Source: Candidatus Melainabacteria bacterium 17Bon1m
Lineage (GTDB): Bacteria > Cyanobacteriota > Vampirovibrionia > Obscuribacterales > Obscuribacteraceae
NCBI GenBank assembly: GCA_032128875.1
Contig: JAVLKG010000004.1
Coordinates: 1-64,000 of the forward strand
Length of the DNA stretch: 64,000 nt
Reading direction: 5' to 3'
The position numbers and the translations under genes are program-made. The notes beneath the pieces are model-generated. The model was not told the origin of the DNA. It saw nothing but the letters and a program-made list of their open reading frames with translations, and did no database searches. Numbering within the stretch: position 1 is the first letter of the stretch; every line of letters starts with the position of its first letter. Positions 19,266 to 29,066 of the stretch are shown here, piece after piece.

Positions 19266-22200
19266 CGATGACGCTAGCGCCACATATCGAGGATATCGGA
19301 GGCAAGCCATTTATGCCTTGTTTCGCCTCTTTAGTGACAGTCTGCCGGACGGATGTGTAATCCAACCTGAGGGGACTGAGGACCTCGCAATTTTTGACAA
19401 TGCAGGTAAGCTAATTGAGATAGTTCAGGTAAAGGATCATACTGATAAACTTGCAGCCTCTAGTTTTAAGCCTTCGTTTTACGAAAGGGTATCGCCCTAT
19501 TGTGCACCTGATTCTTCAACAATTGTTCGCATAGCTACCTTCGGTCCAATTGGGCCAGATCTTCAAGGTGCTATATCCGGTGACCAGGTTGCTCGGTCTC
19601 GTGTTCTGAAAACGATTACCAACTATCTAAGCGAAAGGCACGCAACTGCGAATTTAGGCAAGGCTCAGAAGCGGCCTGATGTGCAAGCCAGTGAAATCAT
19701 TGCTCATATCGATGTGACGCCGGTAGCTGAGGTAGACCTTGTAAATACGATTCTTTCCACTCTTTCTAATACAGTCACAGGAGTCAGTCCGAAACAATCA
19801 TTTGAGTTTTTGATGTGGTGGCTGCTCACAGCGTCAGAAGCAAAATTGAAAATCAGTCGAAACAAAGCCATCGCTAAGATTCAGAGTATCGGGAAATTTT
19901 TGTCTCAACGAGCAGCTTATTATGACGAGTGGTACTCCACAATTGTGCCGATTGTACCCTCTGATGATTCAACGAGACGCGTTAATAATTTTGAAAATGA
20001 GTTTTATCGCGGAGGGCGAGTTAGTTTTGATCATATAGAGCTGGGACTAGATGTTCCACGGAACCGCTTCTTGAAAGATATCCATGACGCATTTAAGGAT
20101 AACAGTGTAGTTGTTATCCATAGTGCGTCTGGGCAAGGAAAGACTACTCTTTCATACAGATACGCAAAGGATTTCGCCGCTTCTGATTTTCGACTTGAGG
20201 TTTTGACTTCATCAGACCTTAGGCAAGCGAGAAGAATCGCACAGGCGTTGATAGGCCATGCAGAAGCAGTGGAAGTACCTACTTTGATATTTTTCGATGT
20301 AAGGCCGGGAGACATTCTATGGCTTGATGTTGTTAGAGAACTTGTATCAGTAGGTGGAATTAGAGTCCTAGTTTCGGTTCGTGAAGAGGATTGGAAGCGC
20401 ACTCGCATAAGCGCCGCCGACTTTTCTTTTGCTGAAGTCTCACTATCTTTGGAACAGGAAGAGGCAAAGGCTATTTATGATCGTTTGACCAAACGAGTTG
20501 CAAATGATCGGCATCTAGACTTTGAAGATGCTTGGAGTCAGTTTGGTGTCCGAAAGACTCTTTTTGAATTCGTGTACTTCATTACTCAAGAAGAATCTCT
20601 AGCGACAAGGATTTCCTCTCAAATCAGGGCGCTTCAAGATGAGGTAACAGTCGGGAAGAGAAGTAAAGGCGAGGTTGACTTGCTTCACCTCGTCGCAGTG
20701 GCGTCAGCTTATGAAGCTAGATTAGATCTGGCGAAACTTGTGGCTCACTGTAATCTGCCTTCTCCACAAAGAACGATTGAGAGATTTGACAATGAATACC
20801 TCATTCGTGTGTCTGTTGATGGAGCTAATGTCGAAGGGTATCATTCAATTCGTAGTGAAATAATTGCGAACAACTTAACCGACAAAGTAATCAGCCCATG
20901 GTCCAATGTTGCATCACAAGTCTTGCCGCTCATCTTAGAAGCTGATTTAAGCGGTTTCTTGCTTTGTGCATTCTCTCGACAACCTGAAGCGGCTAAAGTT
21001 TTAGTTCCTGCGTTGACGCATTTTCAACCATGCACTTGGATAGGTACTCTAAGTGTTGTTACTTCTCTAATGTGGAATGGGCTTAAGCTGTACGCAGAAC
21101 ACAACTCTTCATTACTGGATGAAATCTACGAGCAAGTGGACTCACGCTGGCATTTGACTTTGGACTGGGAATTGGGCCAAGCTCTCGGTAAAGACGGACT
21201 TAAGTTTTACGAGTCTATTGCAGAGGTCTCGGCTAGATTCAAAGGCGCTGTGGAGTATTCTCAAAAGGCTAAAGAGAGGCAGTCTGAAAAATGCAATGTA
21301 TTCGCAGATATGCAAACCTGGTTGGAAGGCTGCTCAAGGCTGCCTTCTGCTCCGAGTAACGCTCAAGATTTCACCGCAATGTCAGAGGTATTCTTTTGGC
21401 TTGGGCATTTAAAGATTAGGTCTACATTACAGGAAGCCATATCGGTAGACATCATTGAGTGTGCGCGTAACAAACTCTCTCTCTATTCATTTGGCGAATT
21501 TATTCGAGGCATTCGGGAATCCGCCAATGATGTTTATGGCGCCTGGCTTAAAGCTAACCGTACGGATTTTATTCACGAGTTAAGAAAGGAATCCGGAGTT
21601 CTCGCTCTGGACGAAACCACGGATGCAATCGTCGCTCATTTCATTATCGACTTCGACCGGCAATTTTCCTTACTTAGTTCTCGTGGAGTTTCGCCGAATA
21701 GTGCCAAAGCTACCATCCATGATTTAACGATTGAAAGAGTTACATTATTGAGCAACCTCTTTTCCAATAAAAAGCAATACGGTGCTGTTGGCTATGGTCA
21801 CAGAATTTCGCTTTTCCCACATTCTTGGGATGAAGCAAATAAGCCTGGTGTCTTATCGCAAAACTTGCATCCAAAATGGCCGTTGCTCTTTAATGCTTTA
21901 GCACGAGGGCGCGTGGAACTCAAATACCGCCCTGCAAATTGGGAACTGTACTTCCAACTACTTCAATTGTTGCGAGAAAATGTATTGAATGCATTCACTG
22001 ATTTGCGGCAATCGATAATGCCTAAGAACTTGGCACTGAACGTCGGCAAATTTCCACTTGCAAAAATTGAGAGTTGGGAGCAGTGCCGAAAGGAAGTAGG
22101 AAAGCAATTGCTGTTACCTAAAGTGTCAGTTGATGAGTGGGGATATGTTACTGAGACCGCTAGAGAAAACAATGAAGATCCTAGACTAGAGCGTTTCTCC

Positions 22201-23535
22201 GGTCTGCACCGCTTCATGCCCGTGCAAAAAGCCGTCGCTGAATACTCAAGATGTATCAGCAACTTCATGTCTCAGGCGAAGGACTCCTTGGTACTTGTTC
22301 CTCTGCTACGAAATGCCAAATCGGACTTAGAAAGAAGCAAGATTATTTCAAATGCATTGGAATATGACATTCATGTCGAGTCAATCAAATTGTCTGTGGT
22401 CAACGGATTTGATGCCTGCCTAGCAATTGAACAATTGCATACGGCAACAAAATATGTTTTTGGAAGTCAGCAAATGCCAGGAGCAGACTTAGATTTCTGT
22501 GAGCGTGAACGGAGAGAATTTACTACTTCAATGACTGCATGGAGTGTTTTCACAGATGCTGATATCAGCAATCAAATTGCAGAAAACTCTAGAAAGAAAA
22601 ACAAGCTACAGTGGAGAATTGCTCACAATGAAGTTGAGTTAGATGATTTACTGATTCCTACAAAGCGCCGTTTGAAAAACGCATTGCAGTCTCTTCGAAA
22701 GGAAGGTATCGATGCAAGTGTGCTTTCGGAAAGGCTTCTTTGGGATGACAAGTCTGCTCTGTGGATTACAGTCGACACTGTTCATCCAATTGCATCGCTA
22801 ATTGCTGCGAAAACCGTCTGGCACAAACTGGTCGAAGCATTTACGCCAGATCGCACTAAACTAATTCGCATGAGAGCCATAGATCTTTCATGGCAATCGA
22901 TAATTTTGATTCCGTTAGTCAAAGGAAAAAGTTTAGAGCGACATGCAATGTCGCGTTTCAAGTGTGTAACGTACTCAGAGCCAGGCGATTACGATCAAAA
23001 TCTATGGCAGTTGTTTCCAGAACGAGTGCCGGACGAGACCTGGCGTCAAATAGGACTGGACCAGTGGGAGTTGCCTCCAAAACGGAACACGTTTGAACAA
23101 CTAAAGGAAGTTTATAGTTCTTTAGTTCTGCATGTTGAACACATGGCAGACCTTTATCGTCTGTCTTCAAGAGAAGATGGGCTGGATGACTTTGGAACAT
23201 CCATTCTTCAAGACTACCTGAACGTTGAGCAAGCGCGTATTCAACCATTGGTTCAAGAGGTTTACGACATTTGGAATTCCTTGCTGAGAGATTTTTCTTC
23301 GCTAGACGAGGAAATACTTGAGAATAGTCCCAATATGTGTATGTGCATACTGGTTTTGGAGCGTCTGAAGGAGGCAATCTTACCTACGCTTGATTTTCAT
23401 GAACAATGTAGACTTTCGCTCGAAGAAATTAGCAACTGGTGTCAAAGGTTGACCGCAGGTCTAAATGATCTTGGGTTAGCATACTATTTGTGGATATCTG
23501 ATTCTCTCGGGTTTTCTGCGCCTCCAGAATACTAG
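19258..23535 (+). CDS. Nuclease-STAND NTPase-sensor protein (Avs-like), 1425 aa
   Basis: N-terminal ASATYRGY..Q...EGTED...QVK (Cap4/PD-(D/E)xK-like); Walker A SASGQGKT; Walker B LIFFD; long helical C-terminus. Confidence 0.75.
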   Translation: MSNDDASATYRGYRRQAIYALFRLFSDSLPDGCVIQPEGTEDLAIFDNAGKLIEIVQVKDHTDKLAASSFKPSFYERVSPYCAPDSSTIVRIATFGPIGPDLQGAISGDQVARSRVLKTITNYLSERHATANLGKAQKRPDVQASEIIAHIDVTPVAEVDLVNTILSTLSNTVTGVSPKQSFEFLMWWLLTASEAKLKISRNKAIAKIQSIGKFLSQRAAYYDEWYSTIVPIVPSDDSTRRVNNFENEFYRGGRVSFDHIELGLDVPRNRFLKDIHDAFKDNSVVVIHSASGQGKTTLSYRYAKDFAASDFRLEVLTSSDLRQARRIAQALIGHAEAVEVPTLIFFDVRPGDILWLDVVRELVSVGGIRVLVSVREEDWKRTRISAADFSFAEVSLSLEQEEAKAIYDRLTKRVANDRHLDFEDAWSQFGVRKTLFEFVYFITQEESLATRISSQIRALQDEVTVGKRSKGEVDLLHLVAVASAYEARLDLAKLVAHCNLPSPQRTIERFDNEYLIRVSVDGANVEGYHSIRSEIIANNLTDKVISPWSNVASQVLPLILEADLSGFLLCAFSRQPEAAKVLVPALTHFQPCTWIGTLSVVTSLMWNGLKLYAEHNSSLLDEIYEQVDSRWHLTLDWELGQALGKDGLKFYESIAEVSARFKGAVEYSQKAKERQSEKCNVFADMQTWLEGCSRLPSAPSNAQDFTAMSEVFFWLGHLKIRSTLQEAISVDIIECARNKLSLYSFGEFIRGIRESANDVYGAWLKANRTDFIHELRKESGVLALDETTDAIVAHFIIDFDRQFSLLSSRGVSPNSAKATIHDLTIERVTLLSNLFSNKKQYGAVGYGHRISLFPHSWDEANKPGVLSQNLHPKWPLLFNALARGRVELKYRPANWELYFQLLQLLRENVLNAFTDLRQSIMPKNLALNVGKFPLAKIESWEQCRKEVGKQLLLPKVSVDEWGYVTETARENNEDPRLERFSGLHRFMPVQKAVAEYSRCISNFMSQAKDSLVLVPLLRNAKSDLERSKIISNALEYDIHVESIKLSVVNGFDACLAIEQLHTATKYVFGSQQMPGADLDFCERERREFTTSMTAWSVFTDADISNQIAENSRKKNKLQWRIAHNEVELDDLLIPTKRRLKNALQSLRKEGIDASVLSERLLWDDKSALWITVDTVHPIASLIAAKTVWHKLVEAFTPDRTKLIRMRAIDLSWQSIILIPLVKGKSLERHAMSRFKCVTYSEPGDYDQNLWQLFPERVPDETWRQIGLDQWELPPKRNTFEQLKEVYSSLVLHVEHMADLYRLSSREDGLDDFGTSILQDYLNVEQARIQPLVQEVYDIWNSLLRDFSSLDEEILENSPNMCMCILVLERLKEAILPTLDFHEQCRLSLEEISNWCQRLTAGLNDLGLAYYLWISDSLGFSAPPEY

Positions 23536-23538
23536 CGT

Positions 23539-24366
23539 CTATGACCTAAGCTTTTGCATCAAGGAATCCCGGGCGGCTTCCATAAAGTGAGTTGCCACCC
23601 CGCTACGTGCTGGAATGTATCCATATGAATTTGTGTTGGGGGCCAAATACCCTCGAGTGTCGTATGCAACTTCATTTAGGAACGCAATCAGCGAGCCGAT
23701 CAAGTATCCCGCATACAATCCAAACTTTACCCAATCGCCTTCCATGAATGGTGTGTATTTAAACTCAGAGTCAGTGGGCAGTACATCCTTGAACAGTCGA
23801 AACATGATCCCATATTGATATTTTACCGAGACGTCTACCCTATGATGGATAATTCTATCCCTGGTATCTACAAGAATGTCGTACCATTCAGCTCCTCGAA
23901 TTTGATGAAGTATCGGAACTCCGAGAAGTCGGCGAGCACGGTCTTCCTTTTTGCACCAATTGCGTAATTGAGTGAAACTGTCTGGAGACTGTCCTGCTCC
24001 CCCAGTTAGTCTTAAGAGAAGTGCGATGCTATCACAAAGAGATCTCAGTTCAACATGAAGGGAATGGATGTCGGCTTGAATATATGCCTTCCAATCGAGT
24101 GCATTCAAGAAGCCGTCGTACCAAAATTCAGTAATCTTGGCAATTTTTTCAATGATGGAAAACACAATGTCCAGTTCTGACATGATTGAGTAGACTCTTC
24201 TAAATACACGTTGATCAAACTCCAATTCACCCCCTGATCCAGTGGAAATGAATTCTAGTGATCTTCCTGCTAGGGCGCAGAACGGACCATTATAAAAAGG
24301 CTTGCCAGAAGTAGGAACGACATCTATAAGGCGTGCGAGCACAAGTCTTTCAAGCCCTATAATCAA
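23539..24366 (-). CDS. HEPN-like putative RNase
   Basis: All-helical ORF with Rx4H motif RDRIIH. Confidence 0.6.
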   Translation of the reverse strand: MIIGLERLVLARLIDVVPTSGKPFYNGPFCALAGRSLEFISTGSGGELEFDQRVFRRVYSIMSELDIVFSIIEKIAKITEFWYDGFLNALDWKAYIQADIHSLHVELRSLCDSIALLLRLTGGAGQSPDSFTQLRNWCKKEDRARRLLGVPILHQIRGAEWYDILVDTRDRIIHHRVDVSVKYQYGIMFRLFKDVLPTDSEFKYTPFMEGDWVKFGLYAGYLIGSLIAFLNEVAYDTRGYLAPNTNSYGYIPARSGVATHFMEAARDSLMQKLRS

Positions 24367-24420
24367 TGTTCTTTCCTCACTGCCTTCTTTGATGAATACT
24401 TTAGAATAGTTTGACTCTCA

Positions 24421-26031
24421 TCATATTTCGCCTTGGGTTTTAATACCTCGATACTTGCCATCGGGATCTAAAAGTGTTGCCCAGTTTTTCTTCTCATGCT
24501 CAAAACGCTGTTGAAATTTTTCAAGCTCTTTAGACCAAGTATCTATATCAAAGTTTGTATTTGCTTGGTGTATCGCTTTTCCAAGTCCTTCTAGAATTTC
24601 CGCATGAGCTTTCACCGACCAAAATAGAGCATAGGCAATAAGTTTTTGTTGGTCCTCACTCTTATGCTCAAAGTAATCAAACGTATGGATAAGTTCAGAA
24701 GGTCGATTTTCGACTTTGGATTGGCCGACTACTGAGAACGAGCTAGGATGAACCTGCTTTGATAGTTCCTCGTACATTTTGTAGAGGTTTGGTGTCAGAT
24801 CGCCGGTCAGTCTAAGAGCTTTCATAATATCGAAATTTGATCTGTACTTAGCAAAAGCGTTGTTGCTGTTTGCCGCCTCAATCCAGATCTCAGCCATTGT
24901 TTTTGAAGGTTTTTTTTCTTGAATCTCTTTTTGTGGGGTTGGCCTTTCTTTCCCTGTTTTCTGCTGAGAAATGTCTGTGCCTTCACCTTTAGAAGCTGGG
25001 GTGTTCCGCGCCATGATTATTGCGAAAGACGAGTATTCAATTGCCTTTCGGACATATGCCGCGAAGTCAGTCCGGTGTCCTCTGCACAATGTTAGTGTGC
25101 CAATCAGAAGCTGGTATCTACATCCATGCAGGCAGCACGTGAACGCATAAAGAAGCTGCCATGTCCAATCGAGATCCTTGATTTCGCCGAGAAGTATGCC
25201 AAGCCGATCATAAAGTTCGGACAAACTTTGGACGAGCCAAACTGCCTCACCGAGGAATTCTCTATTTTTCTTGTAGGCCGCTTGCTCTTGAATATGCAGG
25301 ACGTCGAGTACATCTAACTTGGTAAAAAGCCAACTATGGTGCTCGTCCTCAGGTGTAACATTTTTCGCTTTGATTTCCTCTATTTTTTTGATTCGTTCCA
25401 AAAGCAGTGCACTATCTGGAGCGTTAATTCTTAAACTTAGGGTATAGATCCGATTGAGTATGCCAATGATGTTAGGGTCTTCTTTTCCGTAGATTTCTTC
25501 ACGCAACGCCAAAGCTCGTCGCAGAATGTCCAAGGCGCGCTCTATTTCTCCAGTTTTAACTTTGTATGAGGCGAGGGCAACTTGATAGTTGGACAGTCTT
25601 AATTTGTCATTGGAAGTAATCTCGCCCTTCCTCTCTTCCAGCATAGCGACCGCTTTTTCAAGATCTAGAAGTGCTTCTGCTTCGTTATCCAATGTGGAGT
25701 TCACTGTTGAGCGAAAAACCAAAGCAAATGCATGATTTTCCTTTGGAGCATCTATGGCATTGGAAATAATTTCGATTGCGTCATTACTTAGTGAGAGGGA
25801 GCCAAGCGCATCTCCAGTTTTGAGTGCAACCATAGCCATTTGCAGTTTTACTTGACCGACTCGGTGATTCTCTTTTCCAAAGCAAAGAGCCTCGCCAAGA
25901 GCGTAACCCAAAAGTCCTCTGGCTTCCTCGTAGTCCTCACGATCGAGCGCAGCATGCGCCTTCATCGCTTCTGCATACCAGCGTTCAGTCTGATCTGATT
26001 CTTCGTACATTTTGCATTCCGTAACTTTCAA
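24421..26031 (-). CDS. TPR repeats fused to a DUF5677/HEPN-like C-terminal domain
   Basis: TPRs (ALDILRRALALREEIYG); C-terminal VRKAIE and YEELSKQVHPS. Confidence 0.6.
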   Translation of the reverse strand: MKVTECKMYEESDQTERWYAEAMKAHAALDREDYEEARGLLGYALGEALCFGKENHRVGQVKLQMAMVALKTGDALGSLSLSNDAIEIISNAIDAPKENHAFALVFRSTVNSTLDNEAEALLDLEKAVAMLEERKGEITSNDKLRLSNYQVALASYKVKTGEIERALDILRRALALREEIYGKEDPNIIGILNRIYTLSLRINAPDSALLLERIKKIEEIKAKNVTPEDEHHSWLFTKLDVLDVLHIQEQAAYKKNREFLGEAVWLVQSLSELYDRLGILLGEIKDLDWTWQLLYAFTCCLHGCRYQLLIGTLTLCRGHRTDFAAYVRKAIEYSSFAIIMARNTPASKGEGTDISQQKTGKERPTPQKEIQEKKPSKTMAEIWIEAANSNNAFAKYRSNFDIMKALRLTGDLTPNLYKMYEELSKQVHPSSFSVVGQSKVENRPSELIHTFDYFEHKSEDQQKLIAYALFWSVKAHAEILEGLGKAIHQANTNFDIDTWSKELEKFQQRFEHEKKNWATLLDPDGKYRGIKTQGEI

Positions 26032-26240
26032 TAAGTTGAATGATGATGAGCAATGTAACTCGTTGTTGCTTCAACTGCATCGTATGTGATACCACTATCC
26101 TAGTTATGAACCAATTGATTTTTCGATGTATCAAAAAATAATGAGAGATAAGCATCTCTCTTTCTGATTCTTCTTGATTAACCTTCGCTAAATTTGACGC
26201 CAAGAAGGCCATCATTAGGCCATCTGGAAAAAGCGAAAGT

Positions 26241-27542
26241 TGACTGGCCCGAGACATAGGTTACACATTGTTCCGGACACATAGGTTACACATTTGGGCC
26301 AAACGGGTTGTCGAGGGGCTGCAATGTTTTTTTCCTCTAAGTCAACGTAGCCAAGATCATACTGCATAAAACTGACCAGCCATACGCCGTCATCAACCTC
26401 TTTGACGCCTACAGCTTGTCCAGCAAGGCTTCTAGTTAGATTGATTTTCTTTCGGTAAAGGCAGAGGCGGCCGCAATTTGTGACGTTTACTGTTTTGTCG
26501 TGAAACGGATAGTCGGGTTCAGGAAGACCGTTGTAGACCCGCGTGGATGGCTGATAGATTTCCGCTGGAAACTTCATTTCGATCCCTGCGTGTGGACGTT
26601 CGTTGTTGAACTCATCAATGAAAAGGTCAAACGTTGTTTGCTGTTGAAAAATGTTTGCACCAGCGGGTCTTGTAGTTTCCTTCTTGAGCGTTAAGTGCAT
26701 GCGTTCATGTCGGCCGTTTTGCTGTGGATGTCCAGGTTTGATTCGCTCAATACTGATGCCGAGTCTAAGCCACCAAACAGATAGTTTTGATAAATTGAAC
26801 AATCCGTTTGGAGAAGCGAATGGAACGCCATTGTCTGATCGAATCGCAGTCGGCATGCCTCTTTCTTTGAACAGTCTTTCAAAGGCGGTTAATGCAAATT
26901 GTTCTTTAGTCGATTCTTGTGCTTCGCAAAGTAAGAGATATCGTGAGGCGTAATCCGTGACGGTGAGCGGATAACAGTATTGCTTGTTTCCTAGTTGGAA
27001 TTCACTTTTGTAGTCAGTGCACCAGAGATCATTTGGGCGAATGCCATCAGACAAGGGCGTGCCCTGTGCACGTTGTCTCCGCTTTCGTCCTTTTGAAACT
27101 AGATCATGTCTGTCAAGAACAGTATGAATAGTGCTGATGGCTGGAATTTTGATTTCGTGTGGAAGTGCGCGAAGAAGTTTCTCTCGAATCTTTCTTGCAC
27201 CCCAATTCGGTTTTTCCTTTTTTGCGGCAACAATTGCAGCCTCAACTTGAGGAGGCATCGCATTTGCGTATCGAACAGGTCTTCGGCTTCTATCGCTCAA
27301 TCCTTCGAAGCCGCATTCTTCGTAGCGCTCGACAATCTTGTAGCCGGTCTTGCGCGAAATTCCGAATTCACGGCACAAAGAACTCATGTCTTCGTCGTCC
27401 TTGTGGCGAATGACAAAGCGTATTCTTTCGTCCAAAACAGAACACTCCTTCCACGGCATCCACTCTCGCCTCCCGCTGGAAAGCGCAAAAGTGTATACCT
27501 TGTGTCCGGAACGTTCTGTAACCCATCTGTCAGGGCCAGACA
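26241..27542 (-). mobile_element. IS481-family insertion sequence
   Basis: Imperfect inverted repeats TGACTGGCCC...GGTTACA...TTCCGGACAC versus the reverse complement of 27490-27542; GT on both flanks. Confidence 0.88.
26286..27459 (-). CDS. IS481 transposase with a +1 slip near the C-terminus
   Basis: HTH (LCREFGISRKTGYK), WCTDYK / RSDNG / NGRHER DDE core; with A6 instead of A7 at 26327-26333 it ends EEKTLQPLDNPFGPNV* at 26286. Confidence 0.9.
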
Positions 27543-27600
27543 GTCTGAAAACCTAGCCGACAGCGGGATTTGAACCCGCGACCTACGGTTTACGAATCCG
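27543..27600 (-). repeat. att core: duplicated 3' half of tRNA-Thr plus flank
   Basis: GTCTGAAAACCTAGCCGACAG.GGGATTTGAACCC.CGACCTACGGTTTACGAA matches 39886-39939. Confidence 0.92.
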
Positions 27601-27815
27601 CTCACAGAGCCAGTTTTCCTCCTTTGAAGATGTTGCGCGGTTGTTGGTCGTGCTATACAATGCCTGATGAGGACTGCGTCTTCGCGTGTTGTGTTTGTTG
27701 ATCAAAGTTGATCGAAGTTTACGCGAATTGATGCTAAAAAGGCCTCCATTAGGCTTCCACAATTTTACACCAGACCTACGGTTAATCGCACCAAAGGTCG
27801 GAGAACCAACATCAA

Positions 27816-29021
27816 ATGAAAGCGGAGAAGGTCAATTTTAATAAGCGAAAGATAGAGTCCATGACTATTCCGGAAGGAGTGGCAAAGAAGGAGTTCTATG
27901 ATTCCATCCAACGGGGTCTCATTTTGAGATTGTCGAAGGGCGGCAGTAAGAGTTTTTACTTTAGAAAGACTGTCCAATACAAAATCGAGCGAGTTTTCCT
28001 CGGGCGCTTCCCTGAGATGAGTGTCGAGCAAGCCCGTGATGCCGCTGCTGCGATTTTGGCAGACGTGGGTAAGGGAATTAGCCCTCAAGCTGAAAAACTC
28101 GCCTCCAAGGACGAGCCAACCCTCGGAGAATTGTTCGAGAACTATCTTGAAGGTCACGCCCGCATACGCTGCGTTCGAGTGGCTGATATGGAGAAGGATT
28201 TCGTCCGATATGTTACTGATTGGCGTGACCGTAAATGGTCATCAATAAAGAGAGCTGATGTTCAAAACAGAGTCAATCATGTACGACAAAACAATGGACC
28301 TGCCGCAGCTAATCACATCATCATTTTAATGAAAGCAATGACGAGTTGGAATATTCGGAATGGATATATCGAAGGCGATAATCCCTGGCTGCCCATTAAG
28401 CAGTTCAAGATTCAATCCCGAGAGCGATTTCTCAGGCCGAACGAGATGGCAAATTTCTTTGCTGCTTTGAAAAAGGTCCCTGACGAAATGATGCGAGACT
28501 ACTTTGAGATTAGTCTCTATACCGGCGCTCGTAAATCAAACGTTCTTGCAATGCGCTGGGAAGATGTTGATCTGGAACTTGCAATCTGGCGAATTCCAAT
28601 GACTAAAAACAAGGAGTCGCATCTTGTTCCGCTTACCGGACCTGCTGTTGAAATTCTTCGCCGGCGCTCGGAATCCAGTAAGACTGGCTGGGTTTTTCCT
28701 GGTCGAATAAAGGACAGTCATCTCGTAGAACCTAAGAGAGTTTGGTACAAGCTGATCAAAGATGCTGGAGTAGAAGATCTCAGGGTTCATGATCTCCGTC
28801 GGACTCTGGCGAGCTACATGGCGATAACCAATCACAGCTTGCCGATCATTGCGAGAGCGCTTGGGCACAAGTCCACCCAAGCAACGCAAATCTATTCACG
28901 CTTGACGCAAGATCCCGTCAGAAACGCCATGGATTTGGCGATTGCGCAAATTCACCTCCTGGCAGAAAGCAAGGAAGAAGCAATTGCTGTAGATGCTGAA
29001 GTTAGCGATTCCTGTGCTTAG
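27816..29021 (+). CDS. Tyrosine integrase (P4-like, with arm-binding domain)
   Basis: TGAR, HDLRRT, LGH and TQIY catalytic motifs; N-terminal GLILRLSKGGSKSF...LGRFPEMSVEQAR. Confidence 0.95.
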   Translation: MKAEKVNFNKRKIESMTIPEGVAKKEFYDSIQRGLILRLSKGGSKSFYFRKTVQYKIERVFLGRFPEMSVEQARDAAAAILADVGKGISPQAEKLASKDEPTLGELFENYLEGHARIRCVRVADMEKDFVRYVTDWRDRKWSSIKRADVQNRVNHVRQNNGPAAANHIIILMKAMTSWNIRNGYIEGDNPWLPIKQFKIQSRERFLRPNEMANFFAALKKVPDEMMRDYFEISLYTGARKSNVLAMRWEDVDLELAIWRIPMTKNKESHLVPLTGPAVEILRRRSESSKTGWVFPGRIKDSHLVEPKRVWYKLIKDAGVEDLRVHDLRRTLASYMAITNHSLPIIARALGHKSTQATQIYSRLTQDPVRNAMDLAIAQIHLLAESKEEAIAVDAEVSDSCA

Positions 29022-29066
29022 CCTAGTACAATTGAGCTTACTGTCTCTTCGTATCAGACCGCACCA

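Noticed and set aside
27555-27600. Second functional tRNA-Thr
   Set aside because: Only the 3' half is present; there is no D-arm or 5' acceptor strand.
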